Assembly: GCA_900549555.1 (NCBI GenBank)
Contig: UROO01000001.1
Span: 1-54,354 of the forward strand
Direction of reading: 5' to 3'
Length of the DNA: 54,354 bases
Origin: an uncultured Collinsella sp.
GTDB taxonomy: Bacteria > Actinomycetota > Coriobacteriia > Coriobacteriales > Coriobacteriaceae
The notes below the pieces were generated by a model that did not search any database, was not told the DNA's origin, and worked only from the letters and a program-made list of their open reading frames with translations. Numbering within the stretch: position 1 is the first letter of the stretch; every line of letters starts with the position of its first letter. Made by a program: the position numbers and the translations under genes. Shown here piece by piece: positions 1 to 8,184 of the stretch.

Positions 1-130
1 TCCGCACATGTGCGGATGAATGTGGGAGGTGTTCGGATAAAGTTGATAATCAAGGCTCCTGTGTGGTGGTTTTCCAGTTTGCCAACGATATACGCGCCGG
101 CAAAAAAAGTCTGCTATACTCTTTCCCGCT

Positions 131-207
131 GTCCCCATCGTCTAGCGGCCAAGGACGCCACCCTTTCAAGGTGGATATCGCGGGTTCGAATCCCGCTGGG
201 GGCACCA
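131..207 (+). tRNA. tRNA-Glu (anticodon TTC), prophage integration target
   Basis: Acceptor stem GTCCCCA/TGGGGGC, anticodon arm CCACC-CT TTC AA-GGTGG, T-loop GGTTCGAATCC, encoded CCA end; TGCTATACT extended -10-like element at 112-120. Confidence 0.97.
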
Positions 208-1605
208 TTTGCATTTTGTACGAACCCGCTGGATGTCAAGTCTGGCGGGTTCGTTGTTTTCCACGTCGTAGTTCAGCGTCACTATGCACTCTTCGTCGCT
301 CACGCTCGCCTGGTATACGAACGCCTTCAATAGAGTCGCGTCGTCCAGGGCGGAGCCGCATTGCAGGAAGTCGGCCAGCCGCTCGGGGTCTATCTGATCG
401 TCCCTGATCGCCTCAAGGTCGAGCTTGGCGCGGTCGCGCTGATGCTCAAGCTCCGCTATGCGCTCCTTCGCGCCCGGGGCGATTATGCCCTGTTCGATGG
501 CGTTCAGGATGTTCTTCAGGCCGCGCTCGGCGGCCGAGAGCGATTGGGCGGCCTGCTTGCGCCTCGCCGCCACCTCTGCCCCGTCCGAGCTTTCCGCCAC
601 CATGCGGGCTATCCTCAAGGCCTCCTCGCGGTCTTGCAGAAGAGCCCGCAGCGCCTTGACGATCTCGCCCTCAAGCTCCTCGCGCCTGACGGGCTTAACG
701 CATCCGTCGTGGCAGCGGTAGTACTCGTACTTGCGGTTGCCGCGCCCGCGCCCGCTCACGCCTTGCAGGTTGCGCCCGCAGCCCGCGCAGATCGCCTTGC
801 CAGAAAGGGCGAAGTCGCCCCAGCTCTCCGCGCTGCGCTCCTTGGCCGCGCGTATGCCCTGTGCCTCCATGAACGTCACCTCGTCGATGATCGCGGGCAT
901 GCCGCCCTCTTTGACAACGCCGCCCCACTCGTAGCGCCCCGTGTACTTCCGGTTCTTCACCATCCGCTCGACCATCGAGTAGCCGCACGGGTTTCCCTGC
1001 GAGGTCTTGACCCCGCGTGCCGCGAAGTCGCGTGCTATCGAGTTGGTGGCCTCCTTTGCTATGCGCCGCTTGAACGCCTCGCGCACGAAAGCGGCCTCGT
1101 CCTCGTTAATCACGTACTCGTCGGCCTCGTTGCTGGCGTAGCCGAACACGCGCACGCCGTTGGTCTTGCACTTGAGCGCGTTGCCCTCCATGCCGCGCCT
1201 CGTGCGGATCGCGGTCTTCTTCGACTCGCACGCCGCAAGGCCCTCAAGCAGCTTCTCGTAAATGATGCCCTCGGGCGAATCGGGTATCTGTTCAAGCGCC
1301 GAGACGAGCTTCACGCCGTGCTGGGCAAGCTCGCGCTTATATATTGGAGCGTCGTACTCGCCACGGCTGAAGCGATCCATCATGTACACAAGCACTATGT
1401 CGCTCTCGCCAGCGTTCGCGACCATGCGCTGGAACTCGGGGCGGTCGTCGGTGCGCCCGCTTATGGCGTAGTCGCAGTATTCCGCCACGATGGCGTAGCC
1501 CTCGCGTTTGCACCAGTCGCGGCACACGCGCAGCTGGTCGTCTATTGAGGCCTCGCGCTGCTTGTTGCACGAAAAGCGGGCGTATATCACCGCAGTTTTT
1601 GGCAT
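166..1605 (-). CDS. Large serine recombinase (integrase), 479 aa in prophage form
   Basis: MPKTAVIYARFS catalytic Ser motif, DRFSR, recombinase domain, CAGCG...YYRC zinc ribbon, coiled coil; AGGAGG RBS before ATG at 1605; ORF runs across the att core into the tRNA antisense. Confidence 0.95.
   Translation of the reverse strand: MPKTAVIYARFSCNKQREASIDDQLRVCRDWCKREGYAIVAEYCDYAISGRTDDRPEFQRMVANAGESDIVLVYMMDRFSRGEYDAPIYKRELAQHGVKLVSALEQIPDSPEGIIYEKLLEGLAACESKKTAIRTRRGMEGNALKCKTNGVRVFGYASNEADEYVINEDEAAFVREAFKRRIAKEATNSIARDFAARGVKTSQGNPCGYSMVERMVKNRKYTGRYEWGGVVKEGGMPAIIDEVTFMEAQGIRAAKERSAESWGDFALSGKAICAGCGRNLQGVSGRGRGNRKYEYYRCHDGCVKPVRREELEGEIVKALRALLQDREEALRIARMVAESSDGAEVAARRKQAAQSLSAAERGLKNILNAIEQGIIAPGAKERIAELEHQRDRAKLDLEAIRDDQIDPERLADFLQCGSALDDATLLKAFVYQASVSDEECIVTLNYDVENNEPARLDIQRVRTKCKWCPQRDSNPRYPP
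202..207 (+). other. Left attachment core (GCACCA, tRNA 3' end)
   Basis: Same hexamer at 36375-36380; joining the phage-side flanks gives near-palindromic attP GCAAACGGTG|CACCATTTGC. Confidence 0.8.
220..260 (+). terminator. Phage-supplied terminator for tRNA-Glu, overlapping the integrase antisense strand
   Basis: Stem ACGAACCCGC (220-229)/GCGGGTTCGT (245-254) followed by TGTTTT. Confidence 0.65.
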
Positions 1606-1639
1606 AATTGGAAACGGCCTCCTTTCAGAGGTTCTTTGG

Positions 1640-1692
1640 AAAAGCCCCGCGGGCAGCGTTGCAGCGCTATGACCCCGTGGGGCTTCTTCTTT
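1640..1692 (-). terminator. Hairpin/terminator between PH-domain gene and integrase
   Basis: AAGCCCCGCGGG...CCCCGTGGGGCTT inverted repeat flanked by T/A runs. Confidence 0.55.
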
Positions 1693-1693
1693 T

Positions 1694-2233
1694 CTATGCG
1701 TTGATGCGGCGCACGTTCTCGTATGCGAGCTCCGAGAGCAGCGAGTAGAGACCCTGGACGTCGAAGCCCTTCGGGAACTCAAGCGTCTTGGTCTCCGTCT
1801 GCACGCCTTGGACCTTGTAGTACGGGCTTGTGATGTACGCGAACGACAGCTCGGCGTGGTCGAAGCCCATACCGGCCGTCTCAAGGCGCACCCCGACGAT
1901 GCTTTGGAGGTCGATGGACACGGCCGCTGCCTTGGCGCCAGTCATGCCCTGGTGGTCGATGAAGACGATTCTGCGGTCCGTGAACAGCATCTTGTCACGC
2001 ACGAGCGCAAAGCAGCGCGTGAACGACTCTCCACGCATGAGATACATGCCATATTGCTGCTGAGCGGATTCGGCCGAAAGCTCAGAGTAGTGCCCCATCA
2101 CACCCTGCACAACGCCACTAGTGCCTTGACCATTTATGGTTTGCTGGTCACGGTCGATTGCATCTTGTACAGCGCTCTGCGCCTGCGACACAGCTGCATT
2201 TGCCATGTCCTTCATCATATCTTTCAATGCCAC
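1694..2233 (-). CDS. Bacterial PH-domain (bPH_1-like) protein in the lysogeny operon
   Basis: RDKMLFTDRRIVFIDHQGMTG...ETAG motif typical of bacterial PH proteins; directly downstream of the repressor. Confidence 0.75.
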   Translation of the reverse strand: MALKDMMKDMANAAVSQAQSAVQDAIDRDQQTINGQGTSGVVQGVMGHYSELSAESAQQQYGMYLMRGESFTRCFALVRDKMLFTDRRIVFIDHQGMTGAKAAAVSIDLQSIVGVRLETAGMGFDHAELSFAYITSPYYKVQGVQTETKTLEFPKGFDVQGLYSLLSELAYENVRRINA

Positions 2234-2235
2234 GG

Positions 2236-2559
2236 CTACTCCTTCCTTGTCGCCGGGAAAGCCTCGGCGATTCCGTTTGCTGCCGCAAGTAATGCCTTGC
2301 GGCCCTCTTTATTCATGGCGTTAAAGAGCGTTAGTAATTCGCGCTCGGCGCTTCCCATCTGTTCGCCATCGCCCTCTTCGAGATCGAACAGTTCACCAAT
2401 TGTGCATTTGAAATACCGGGCGAACTCTGCCGCAGTATCCATATCAGGACTTGTATTTCCAAGCTCGTAGTTTTGGTACGTGCGGTATTTAAGGCCGAAT
2501 ACGCTAGCAGCTTCTTTCTGGGTCAGCCCTGAACGCTGCCGTAGGTCTTTAAGGCTCAT
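2236..2559 (-). CDS. CI-like XRE-family repressor
   Basis: LKDLRQRSGLTQKEAA...TYQNYELGNTSP HTH; divergent from the Cro-like gene. Confidence 0.9.
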   Translation of the reverse strand: MSLKDLRQRSGLTQKEAASVFGLKYRTYQNYELGNTSPDMDTAAEFARYFKCTIGELFDLEEGDGEQMGSAERELLTLFNAMNKEGRKALLAAANGIAEAFPATRKE

Positions 2560-2590
2560 ATCTCACCCCTAACTTAGGATAGTTGAAGCA

Positions 2591-2680
2591 TACAAGAAAC
2601 TTGTACGAATAGCAAACTTTTAGGGTTTACAGATACAAGAATCTTGTATATAGTGCCATTCAGGCACAAGAAACTAGTGC
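2591..2680. promoter_or_regulatory. Lysis/lysogeny switch: three operator palindromes and a rightward promoter
   Basis: TACAAGAAACTTGTA (2591-2605), TACAAGAATCTTGTA (2634-2648), CACAAGAAACTAGTG (2665-2679); TTTACA (2626-2631)-17 bp-TATAGT (2649-2654). Confidence 0.85.
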
Positions 2681-2693
2681 AAAGGAGGAAACA

Positions 2694-2918
2694 ATGCTCA
2701 ACAATCTTGTGTCCGAGCGTAAGCGGGCAGGCCTGACCAGAGAAGAAGTCGGTGAAAAGATCCACCGCTCCGAATACGTTATCGGCAAGTGGGAGCGTGG
2801 CGAGAGTTCACCGCTACTGGTTCCAGACGCAATCAACTTGGCAAAGCTCTACGGATGCTCTGTTGACTACCTCGCCGGGTTAGTCGAGGAGCGCACATCA
2901 AAAGGCGTAGCGGTCTAA
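2694..2918 (+). CDS. Cro-like XRE HTH protein
   Basis: ERKRAGLTREEVGEKI...IGKWERGESSP...YGCSVDYLAG; AGGAGG RBS. Confidence 0.9.
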   Translation: MLNNLVSERKRAGLTREEVGEKIHRSEYVIGKWERGESSPLLVPDAINLAKLYGCSVDYLAGLVEERTSKGVAV

Positions 2919-3056
2919 ATGTCAGCCGAAGAGGCCAAACAGAAGGAAGAGAAGCCCAAGACCGCCCGCGAAGTTGCCTTTGACGGCATGTGCTCGACGA
3001 TCCGTCAGGCATACCGCGAGTGGGAACGCCAGCAGAAGGGAGAAGCGAAGGCGTGA
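2919..3056 (+). CDS. Small hypothetical protein (45 aa, MSAEEAKQKEE...), not in ORF track
   Basis: ATG abuts the Cro stop; TGA overlaps the next GTG start. Confidence 0.6.
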   Translation: MSAEEAKQKEEKPKTAREVAFDGMCSTIRQAYREWERQQKGEAKA

Positions 3057-3415
3057 AGCAGTGGTCTACACGTGAACTCAGATACCTCGAAGAGCACGCT
3101 GGAGACGGCGCCAAGCAGGTAGCCAAGGACCTCGGGCGCTCCATCGACTCAGTGAAGCATATGGCGCGGAAGTGCGGACTCTCACTCCGCAAGCGCAGGC
3201 AGTGCCCCCGCTGCGGCCAATGGACGTTCCGACCGCTCAACAGGGTCAACGGCTGGTGCATCGAGTGCACGAAGGAGCTTCACATGGCAGACCTCGCCGA
3301 ACAGGCCAACGCAATGAAGGAGGAGGCGATCAGGGAGAAGAGGAATGACAGGCAGCGCCAGCGCTACTACAGCCAGAAGAGCAGGGCGAAAAAGGCGACA
3401 AAAAAGAGGCCCTAA
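3053..3415 (+). CDS. HTH + CxxC zinc-finger protein
   Basis: WSTRELRYL...AKDLGRSIDSVK and CPRC/CIEC motifs; coupled start. Confidence 0.7.
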   Translation: MKQWSTRELRYLEEHAGDGAKQVAKDLGRSIDSVKHMARKCGLSLRKRRQCPRCGQWTFRPLNRVNGWCIECTKELHMADLAEQANAMKEEAIREKRNDRQRQRYYSQKSRAKKATKKRP

Positions 3416-3462
3416 AAAGCGCCCTAGCAATGACCTGCGAAAACACCGAAAGGAGAACGGAA

Positions 3463-3747
3463 ATGCAGACAAAAAAGAAAGCGAGCGCCCCCCGCTACCA
3501 CACTTCGGGCACCCGCTACGTAGCCGCCTCGAAAGAGGCTGCATCCATCATACCATTCGAGGGCAAGCGCCCGACGGCGCAGGAGCAGCTTGAGCGCTCC
3601 CAGTTCAAGGCGGGCGTCATGGTCGGCTTCCTCGCGGCCCTCATGATCTTTCTCGCCGTGCTCTGGCTCTGGGTTATCCCCACGATGGACCAGGCCGTTG
3701 CCGACGCCCAGCGAGCCGTGGGCAGCATGGCGGTGCTCAATGCGTAA
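3463..3747 (+). CDS. Hypothetical membrane protein
   Basis: AAGGAG RBS; single hydrophobic helix. Confidence 0.65.
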   Translation: MQTKKKASAPRYHTSGTRYVAASKEAASIIPFEGKRPTAQEQLERSQFKAGVMVGFLAALMIFLAVLWLWVIPTMDQAVADAQRAVGSMAVLNA

Positions 3748-4075
3748 CGACGAGATATACCGCCCCAAGCCCCAGAGCAACCAGCTTGAGATCTTCGGCC
3801 TGGGCATGGCTGGCGAGCAAGACGTTGCCGAGGCCAAGAAGTGGATCGAGGCCAACCCCGAGGCGTGGCGGTTCATGCTCTCCAACGCCCGCCGCCTCAA
3901 GGAGAAGGGCTACGTGTCGATCAACTACCTGGTGAACATGGTGCGCAACGAGCTGCACGTTGGCTGCAAGAACGGCATAGCCCCAGCCCTTGCCCGAATC
4001 ATGGAGGCGCGGTACCCAGAGCTGCGCGGAGCCTTCAACAAGCACCGCAGCCAGAGCGATGGGTTCAGCGAATGA
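3740..4075 (+). CDS. Hypothetical phage protein
   Basis: Overlapping start/stop coupling with neighbours; host-like codon usage. Confidence 0.65.
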   Translation: MRNDEIYRPKPQSNQLEIFGLGMAGEQDVAEAKKWIEANPEAWRFMLSNARRLKEKGYVSINYLVNMVRNELHVGCKNGIAPALARIMEARYPELRGAFNKHRSQSDGFSE

Positions 4076-4533
4076 GCTGGCAGCGCACCCTTGCGGCCAC
4101 GGCGCACATCACCATGCACCCAGCAGAGCTTGTTGGAAAGCAGCGCCCTATGACCGACTACCGCAACCACCGCACCTACACGCCGACCAAGACGCTCAAG
4201 GCCGAGAAGGCCATCAAGGACGCGTTCCGCGCGGCATACGGCGAGACCTTCGCCGACCACGACGGCCCGGTCGTGATGCGGATCTCGACCACCAGGCCGC
4301 TCGCGAAGAGCAACCCGAAGTACTGGGAGGGCCGCGCCGACCTCGGCAAGCCCGACTGGGACAACCTCGGCAAGCTCGCCTGCGACGCGCTCAACGGGAT
4401 CGCCTTCAAGGACGATTCGCAGGTCGACATGGGAGCCGTCACCAAGCGCCCGAGGTCGCCATACGGCACCAAACCACGCATAGACATCTACATCGAGTAC
4501 TTCGTCGAGGAGTACGTGAAGGAGAAGAAATGA
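4072..4533 (+). CDS. rusA: RusA-family Holliday junction resolvase
   Basis: KPDWDNLGKLACDALNGIAFKDDSQV signature. Confidence 0.9.
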   Translation: MSWQRTLAATAHITMHPAELVGKQRPMTDYRNHRTYTPTKTLKAEKAIKDAFRAAYGETFADHDGPVVMRISTTRPLAKSNPKYWEGRADLGKPDWDNLGKLACDALNGIAFKDDSQVDMGAVTKRPRSPYGTKPRIDIYIEYFVEEYVKEKK

Positions 4534-4847
4534 ACGCCAAATACTTCGAAGAGAACGGCTTTGAGGACGTCCACGGGAGCCAGTTCCACAAAGCGGTGCT
4601 CGACCACGCCGCCTGCATCGCGAACAACCTCATGTTCGATGCCACGCATCCTGACAACAACGACGGCGAGACGGAGGCAAACGCCTACCACGTGATGATC
4701 GCGCTTTGCGAGGCCGGGCTTTCCCGAATCGACGAGAAGTGCGTCGCCAAGAGCCGCAAGTTAATCGCCGACAAGATCAAGCCCGTCAGCGAGGAAGAGC
4801 TTGAGTTCGGTCGCGCGTTCCTTGCCGCCGTCCTCGGCATCAAATAG
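4530..4847 (+). CDS. Hypothetical phage protein
   Basis: ATGA overlap with rusA. Confidence 0.65.
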   Translation: MNAKYFEENGFEDVHGSQFHKAVLDHAACIANNLMFDATHPDNNDGETEANAYHVMIALCEAGLSRIDEKCVAKSRKLIADKIKPVSEEELEFGRAFLAAVLGIK

Positions 4848-4858
4848 GAGGTAACGAC

Positions 4859-5062
4859 ATGATCAACGAAGCGACCATCCAGGCGCAGTTCAAGCAGGCC
4901 ACCGTGAAGGGAAGCGTGGCGACCCTGCAATTCGAGATCCTGACCGACAACGCCGACGCCTTCCGCATCATCAAGCAGAGCGGCAAGGCGGTTTTGCTCA
5001 CCGTGGCCGAGCAGCAGCAGGCCATGGACTTCGACGACGAGACGGGCGAGATCTATGGCTAA
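4859..5062 (+). CDS. Hypothetical phage protein
   Basis: AGGAGG RBS; coupled to next gene. Confidence 0.65.
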   Translation: MINEATIQAQFKQATVKGSVATLQFEILTDNADAFRIIKQSGKAVLLTVAEQQQAMDFDDETGEIYG

Positions 5063-6032
5063 GGAAACCGAACCGCAGCAGGTCGAGGCCGAGGTCATCG
5101 AAACCGAGGCCACCACGCTTGAGGTCACGTACACCGAGGCCACCATCGCTTCGAACATGGACGCGTTGGAGGCCCACGTGAAGAAGGTCGTCGCCGACTA
5201 CGAGGGCGCCACCTACGACCTCACGAGCGCCCAGGCCATCAAGGAGGCCAAGCACGACCGCAGCTACCTCAACGGCATCAAGAAGGAGATCGACGAACGC
5301 CGCAAGGCCGTGAAGCGCGAGTACAACAAGCCGCTCGACGCATTCGAGAGGCGCTGCAAGCAGATCACGGCCATCATCGACGAGTCAACCGACGCCATCA
5401 AGGCGCAGCTCGACGAGGCCGAGCAGACGCGCAAGGACGCGCTCTACTCACGCCTGCAGCAGCACTACGAGGAGTTCGCGGGACTGCTCGCGCCGGTCGT
5501 CCCCTACGAGCGCCTGCATGAGCCGCAGTGGCTCAACAAGACCTTCGGCGAGATCAAGGCGCAGCAGGCGCTTGAGGCAAAGGTGTCCGACGTGGCCCGA
5601 GATTGGGAAACGCTCAAGGCCCAGCAGGAGGCGATGCCGCACTACGCCGACGCGGAGCGCGAGTTCTTCCGCACGCTCGACCTCGGAGCCGCCTTGAACG
5701 CGGCGCGTTTGGCCGACGAGGAAGACCAGCGCATCGCCGAGCTGAAGGCGGCCATGGCGCCAGAACCCGAACCGGAACCGATGCCGGAACCAGAGCCTGA
5801 GCCGGTCGAGATCCCCGAGCCTGAGCCGATGCCCGCGCCAGCGCCAATGCCCACCCCCATGCCGGCGCCCATACCAGCACCGGTCGCGGAGCCCTTGGAG
5901 GCGTGGACGGTCGAGGTGCCGAGCGCCACGCGATCGCAGATGCAGGCGCTCGCATCCGTGCTCAAGGCGCAGGGAATCACCGGAAGCATCCGCCGGGGCA
6001 CGCCAGCCCAGGTGGCAGCGAGGATGGAGTAG
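5055..6032 (+). CDS. DUF1351-like coiled-coil protein with Pro/Glu-rich linker
   Basis: AKHDRSYLNGIKKEIDERRKAVKREYNKP motif; located before the ERF recombinase. Confidence 0.7.
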   Translation: MAKETEPQQVEAEVIETEATTLEVTYTEATIASNMDALEAHVKKVVADYEGATYDLTSAQAIKEAKHDRSYLNGIKKEIDERRKAVKREYNKPLDAFERRCKQITAIIDESTDAIKAQLDEAEQTRKDALYSRLQQHYEEFAGLLAPVVPYERLHEPQWLNKTFGEIKAQQALEAKVSDVARDWETLKAQQEAMPHYADAEREFFRTLDLGAALNAARLADEEDQRIAELKAAMAPEPEPEPMPEPEPEPVEIPEPEPMPAPAPMPTPMPAPIPAPVAEPLEAWTVEVPSATRSQMQALASVLKAQGITGSIRRGTPAQVAARME

Positions 6033-6035
6033 ACG

Positions 6036-6605
6036 ATGGCAGAAGACAAGCACATGACGCTGGCCGAGGCCGTGGCCCAGGTGCAGCGATCCGTGGTTGT
6101 GCCCAAGGCACGCTACAACGCCCACGGCAACTTCTACTACCGTTCGATGGAGGACATCGTGGCGGCGCTCAAGGAGCCGTGCAAGGAGGCGGGCATAGCC
6201 TTCACGCTCAACGACAGCATCGTGCAGATCGGCGAGCGCTACTACGTCGAGGCCACGTGCCGCCTGTTCTTCGAGGACGGCCACGGCGATCCCATGGACG
6301 TGACGGCCTACGCCCGAGAGCCTTTGAGCCAGAAGGGCATGAACGAGGCGCAGGTCACGGGCAGCGCATCCAGCTACGCCAGAAAGTACGCGCTCTGCGG
6401 AGCGTTCGACATCGACGGCACCTCAGACCCCGACACGCTCATGGGAACCGAGAAGTCCGCCGAGAAGGAGCCGCCAGAGTTCGGCCAGTTCATCGCCAAG
6501 TGCAAGAGCTGCGGCACCTCCTACGTCTTCGAGAGCCGCCAGCAGTACGAGCAGTTCAAGGCCAACCCAGGGTGCTGCCCGTCCCCCGCGTGGCAGGTCG
6601 TGTAG
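6036..6605 (+). CDS. ERF-family single-strand annealing protein
   Basis: YRSMEDI and AQVTGSASSYARKYALCGAF signatures. Confidence 0.88.
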   Translation: MAEDKHMTLAEAVAQVQRSVVVPKARYNAHGNFYYRSMEDIVAALKEPCKEAGIAFTLNDSIVQIGERYYVEATCRLFFEDGHGDPMDVTAYAREPLSQKGMNEAQVTGSASSYARKYALCGAFDIDGTSDPDTLMGTEKSAEKEPPEFGQFIAKCKSCGTSYVFESRQQYEQFKANPGCCPSPAWQVV

Positions 6606-6608
6606 GCC

Positions 6609-6956
6609 ATGCAAGACCTCTACGCCGAGCGCATGCAGCTCTTCGACAGGCTCATGGACGAGCTTCAGGCGCTGCGCAACAGCGGAAGCCAGTACGCCGA
6701 GAACGAGGCCGAGTACCGCAAGGCGCTGCGCATCGCGATCCTTGAGGAGCGATCCAAGGGAACGCCAGTGACGGTGATAAGCGACCTCTGCCGAGGACGT
6801 GAGGACATAGCCGAGCTGAAGCAGCGCAGGGACTGCGCCGAAGCGCTCTACAAGGCGAGCCAAGAGGCGATAAACGTGTACAAGCTCAAGATCCGAACCG
6901 TTGACGAGGACATAAAGCGCACCTGGTCGAACGGGACGGGCGAAGGGAGTTACTAA
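6609..6956 (+). CDS. Hypothetical phage protein
   Basis: Operon position between ERF and SSB. Confidence 0.65.
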   Translation: MQDLYAERMQLFDRLMDELQALRNSGSQYAENEAEYRKALRIAILEERSKGTPVTVISDLCRGREDIAELKQRRDCAEALYKASQEAINVYKLKIRTVDEDIKRTWSNGTGEGSY

Positions 6957-7520
6957 ATGTCGATCAACCGAGTGAACATCAGCGGCAACTTGACCCGCGA
7001 CCCCGAGCTGCGGGCTACCCAGGGCGGCATGCAGGTTCTGGGCTTTGGCGTGGCCGTCAACGACCGCCGCCGCAACCAGCAAACCGGCGAGTGGGAGGAC
7101 TACCCGAACTTCGTGGACTGCACGATGTTCGGCAACCGCGCCGAGAGCATGGGCCGCATCCTGCACAAGGGCATGAAGGTGGCCATCGAGGGCAAGCTGC
7201 GCTATTCGAGCTGGGACAAGGACGGCCAGCGCCGATCCAAGCTTGAGGTGATCGTGGACGAGATCGAGCTCATGAGCCAGAAGCAAGCCCCGGCGGCGCC
7301 GCAGGGATACCAGCAGCAGTACGCGCCGCAGCCCGCCCCGCAGGCGGCACCCCAGCAGTGGAACGCGCAGCAGGCCTACCAGCAAGCTCCGGCGGCACCG
7401 CAGGGATACCAGCAGGCGCCCGCCCAGTACGCGCCGCAGCCCGCCCCGCAGGCGGCGCCGCAGCAAGCGCCCATGCCGCCCGCCCAGGAAAGCCTGTACG
7501 ACGGCGACATCCCGTTTTAG
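6957..7520 (+). CDS. ssb: Single-stranded DNA-binding protein
   Basis: INRVNISGNLTRDPELR OB fold; acidic DIPF C-terminus. Confidence 0.95.
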   Translation: MSINRVNISGNLTRDPELRATQGGMQVLGFGVAVNDRRRNQQTGEWEDYPNFVDCTMFGNRAESMGRILHKGMKVAIEGKLRYSSWDKDGQRRSKLEVIVDEIELMSQKQAPAAPQGYQQQYAPQPAPQAAPQQWNAQQAYQQAPAAPQGYQQAPAQYAPQPAPQAAPQQAPMPPAQESLYDGDIPF

Positions 7521-7533
7521 GGGCGATGGCGGC

Positions 7534-8184
7534 ATGCAGGTACTGGACTCGCTCATAGACGGGCCGCTTAGGCTGCGCAACCGCAGGGAGGGCGACGAGC
7601 TTATCGGCATGATCGTCCGGTACCTGCGAACGGGCAAGGAACCGGAGCCGCGCACCGATACCCAGGAGGCGGTGCTGACGGCGATAAGGCCCGTCATGGA
7701 AACCTCCCGCTCGCGCATCGTGGCGGGAGGCAACGGCGGCAAATCATCAAGCAACGATGCAAGCAAAGCCGAAAGCAAACGGCCAAGCAAACCGTTAAGC
7801 AAAAGCGGAAGCAAAACGGCAAGCAAATCATCAAGCAACGATGCAAGCAAAGCCGAAAGCAAACGGCCAAGCGAAGAGGAAGAGGAAGTAGGAAGAGGAA
7901 TTAAGGAAGAGGAGAGAGGGAGCAAGGCGCGTTTCCGCGCCCCCTCTCCCGAAGAGGTCGACGAGTACGCCCGAAGCTACGCGGAGGGCAAGAGCCTCGA
8001 CCTCGCCTCGACCGACTTCGACCCGGAGCGCTTCGTTGACTTCTACGCCCAGAAGGGCTGGGTGGTCGGCAAGGCGAAGATGAAGGACTGGAAGGCCTCG
8101 GTGCGCATCTGGGTGCGCTCCTCGAAGCCAAAAAACGGCATGGCAAAGGAGGTGCCAGACGATGGATTTTCGGCCTACGACTGA
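7534..8184 (+). CDS. Putative replication initiator with internal iterons
   Basis: FVDFYAQKGW...MKDWKASVRIW C-terminal motif; precedes DnaC-like ATPase. Confidence 0.75.
   Translation: MQVLDSLIDGPLRLRNRREGDELIGMIVRYLRTGKEPEPRTDTQEAVLTAIRPVMETSRSRIVAGGNGGKSSSNDASKAESKRPSKPLSKSGSKTASKSSSNDASKAESKRPSEEEEEVGRGIKEEERGSKARFRAPSPEEVDEYARSYAEGKSLDLASTDFDPERFVDFYAQKGWVVGKAKMKDWKASVRIWVRSSKPKNGMAKEVPDDGFSAYD
7739..7874 (+). repeat. 12-bp-period AAGCAA repeats, putative phage origin
   Basis: AAGCAA at 7749, 7761, ... 7857 and AAGCGA at 7869; exact 50-bp duplication 7739-7788/7823-7872. Confidence 0.8.

Noticed and set aside
1..16. Palindrome TCCGCACATGTGCGGA
   Set aside because: At the window edge with no context; cannot be interpreted
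1606..1884. N-terminal extension of the integrase in the ORF track (572 aa)
   Set aside because: Overlaps the PH gene and a terminator; RBS and catalytic motif support the ATG at 1605
5758..5895. PE/PAPM repeats in the DUF1351-like gene
   Set aside because: Low-complexity protein linker
7282..7466. Duplicated QAPAAPQGYQQ...QYAPQPAPQAAPQQ in SSB
   Set aside because: Ordinary low-complexity SSB linker; no adenine-specific pattern, so not a second VR/TR
7739..7874. Possible CRISPR array
   Set aside because: 12-bp period inside an ORF, no unique spacers, no cas genes; no CRISPR array seen anywhere in the window
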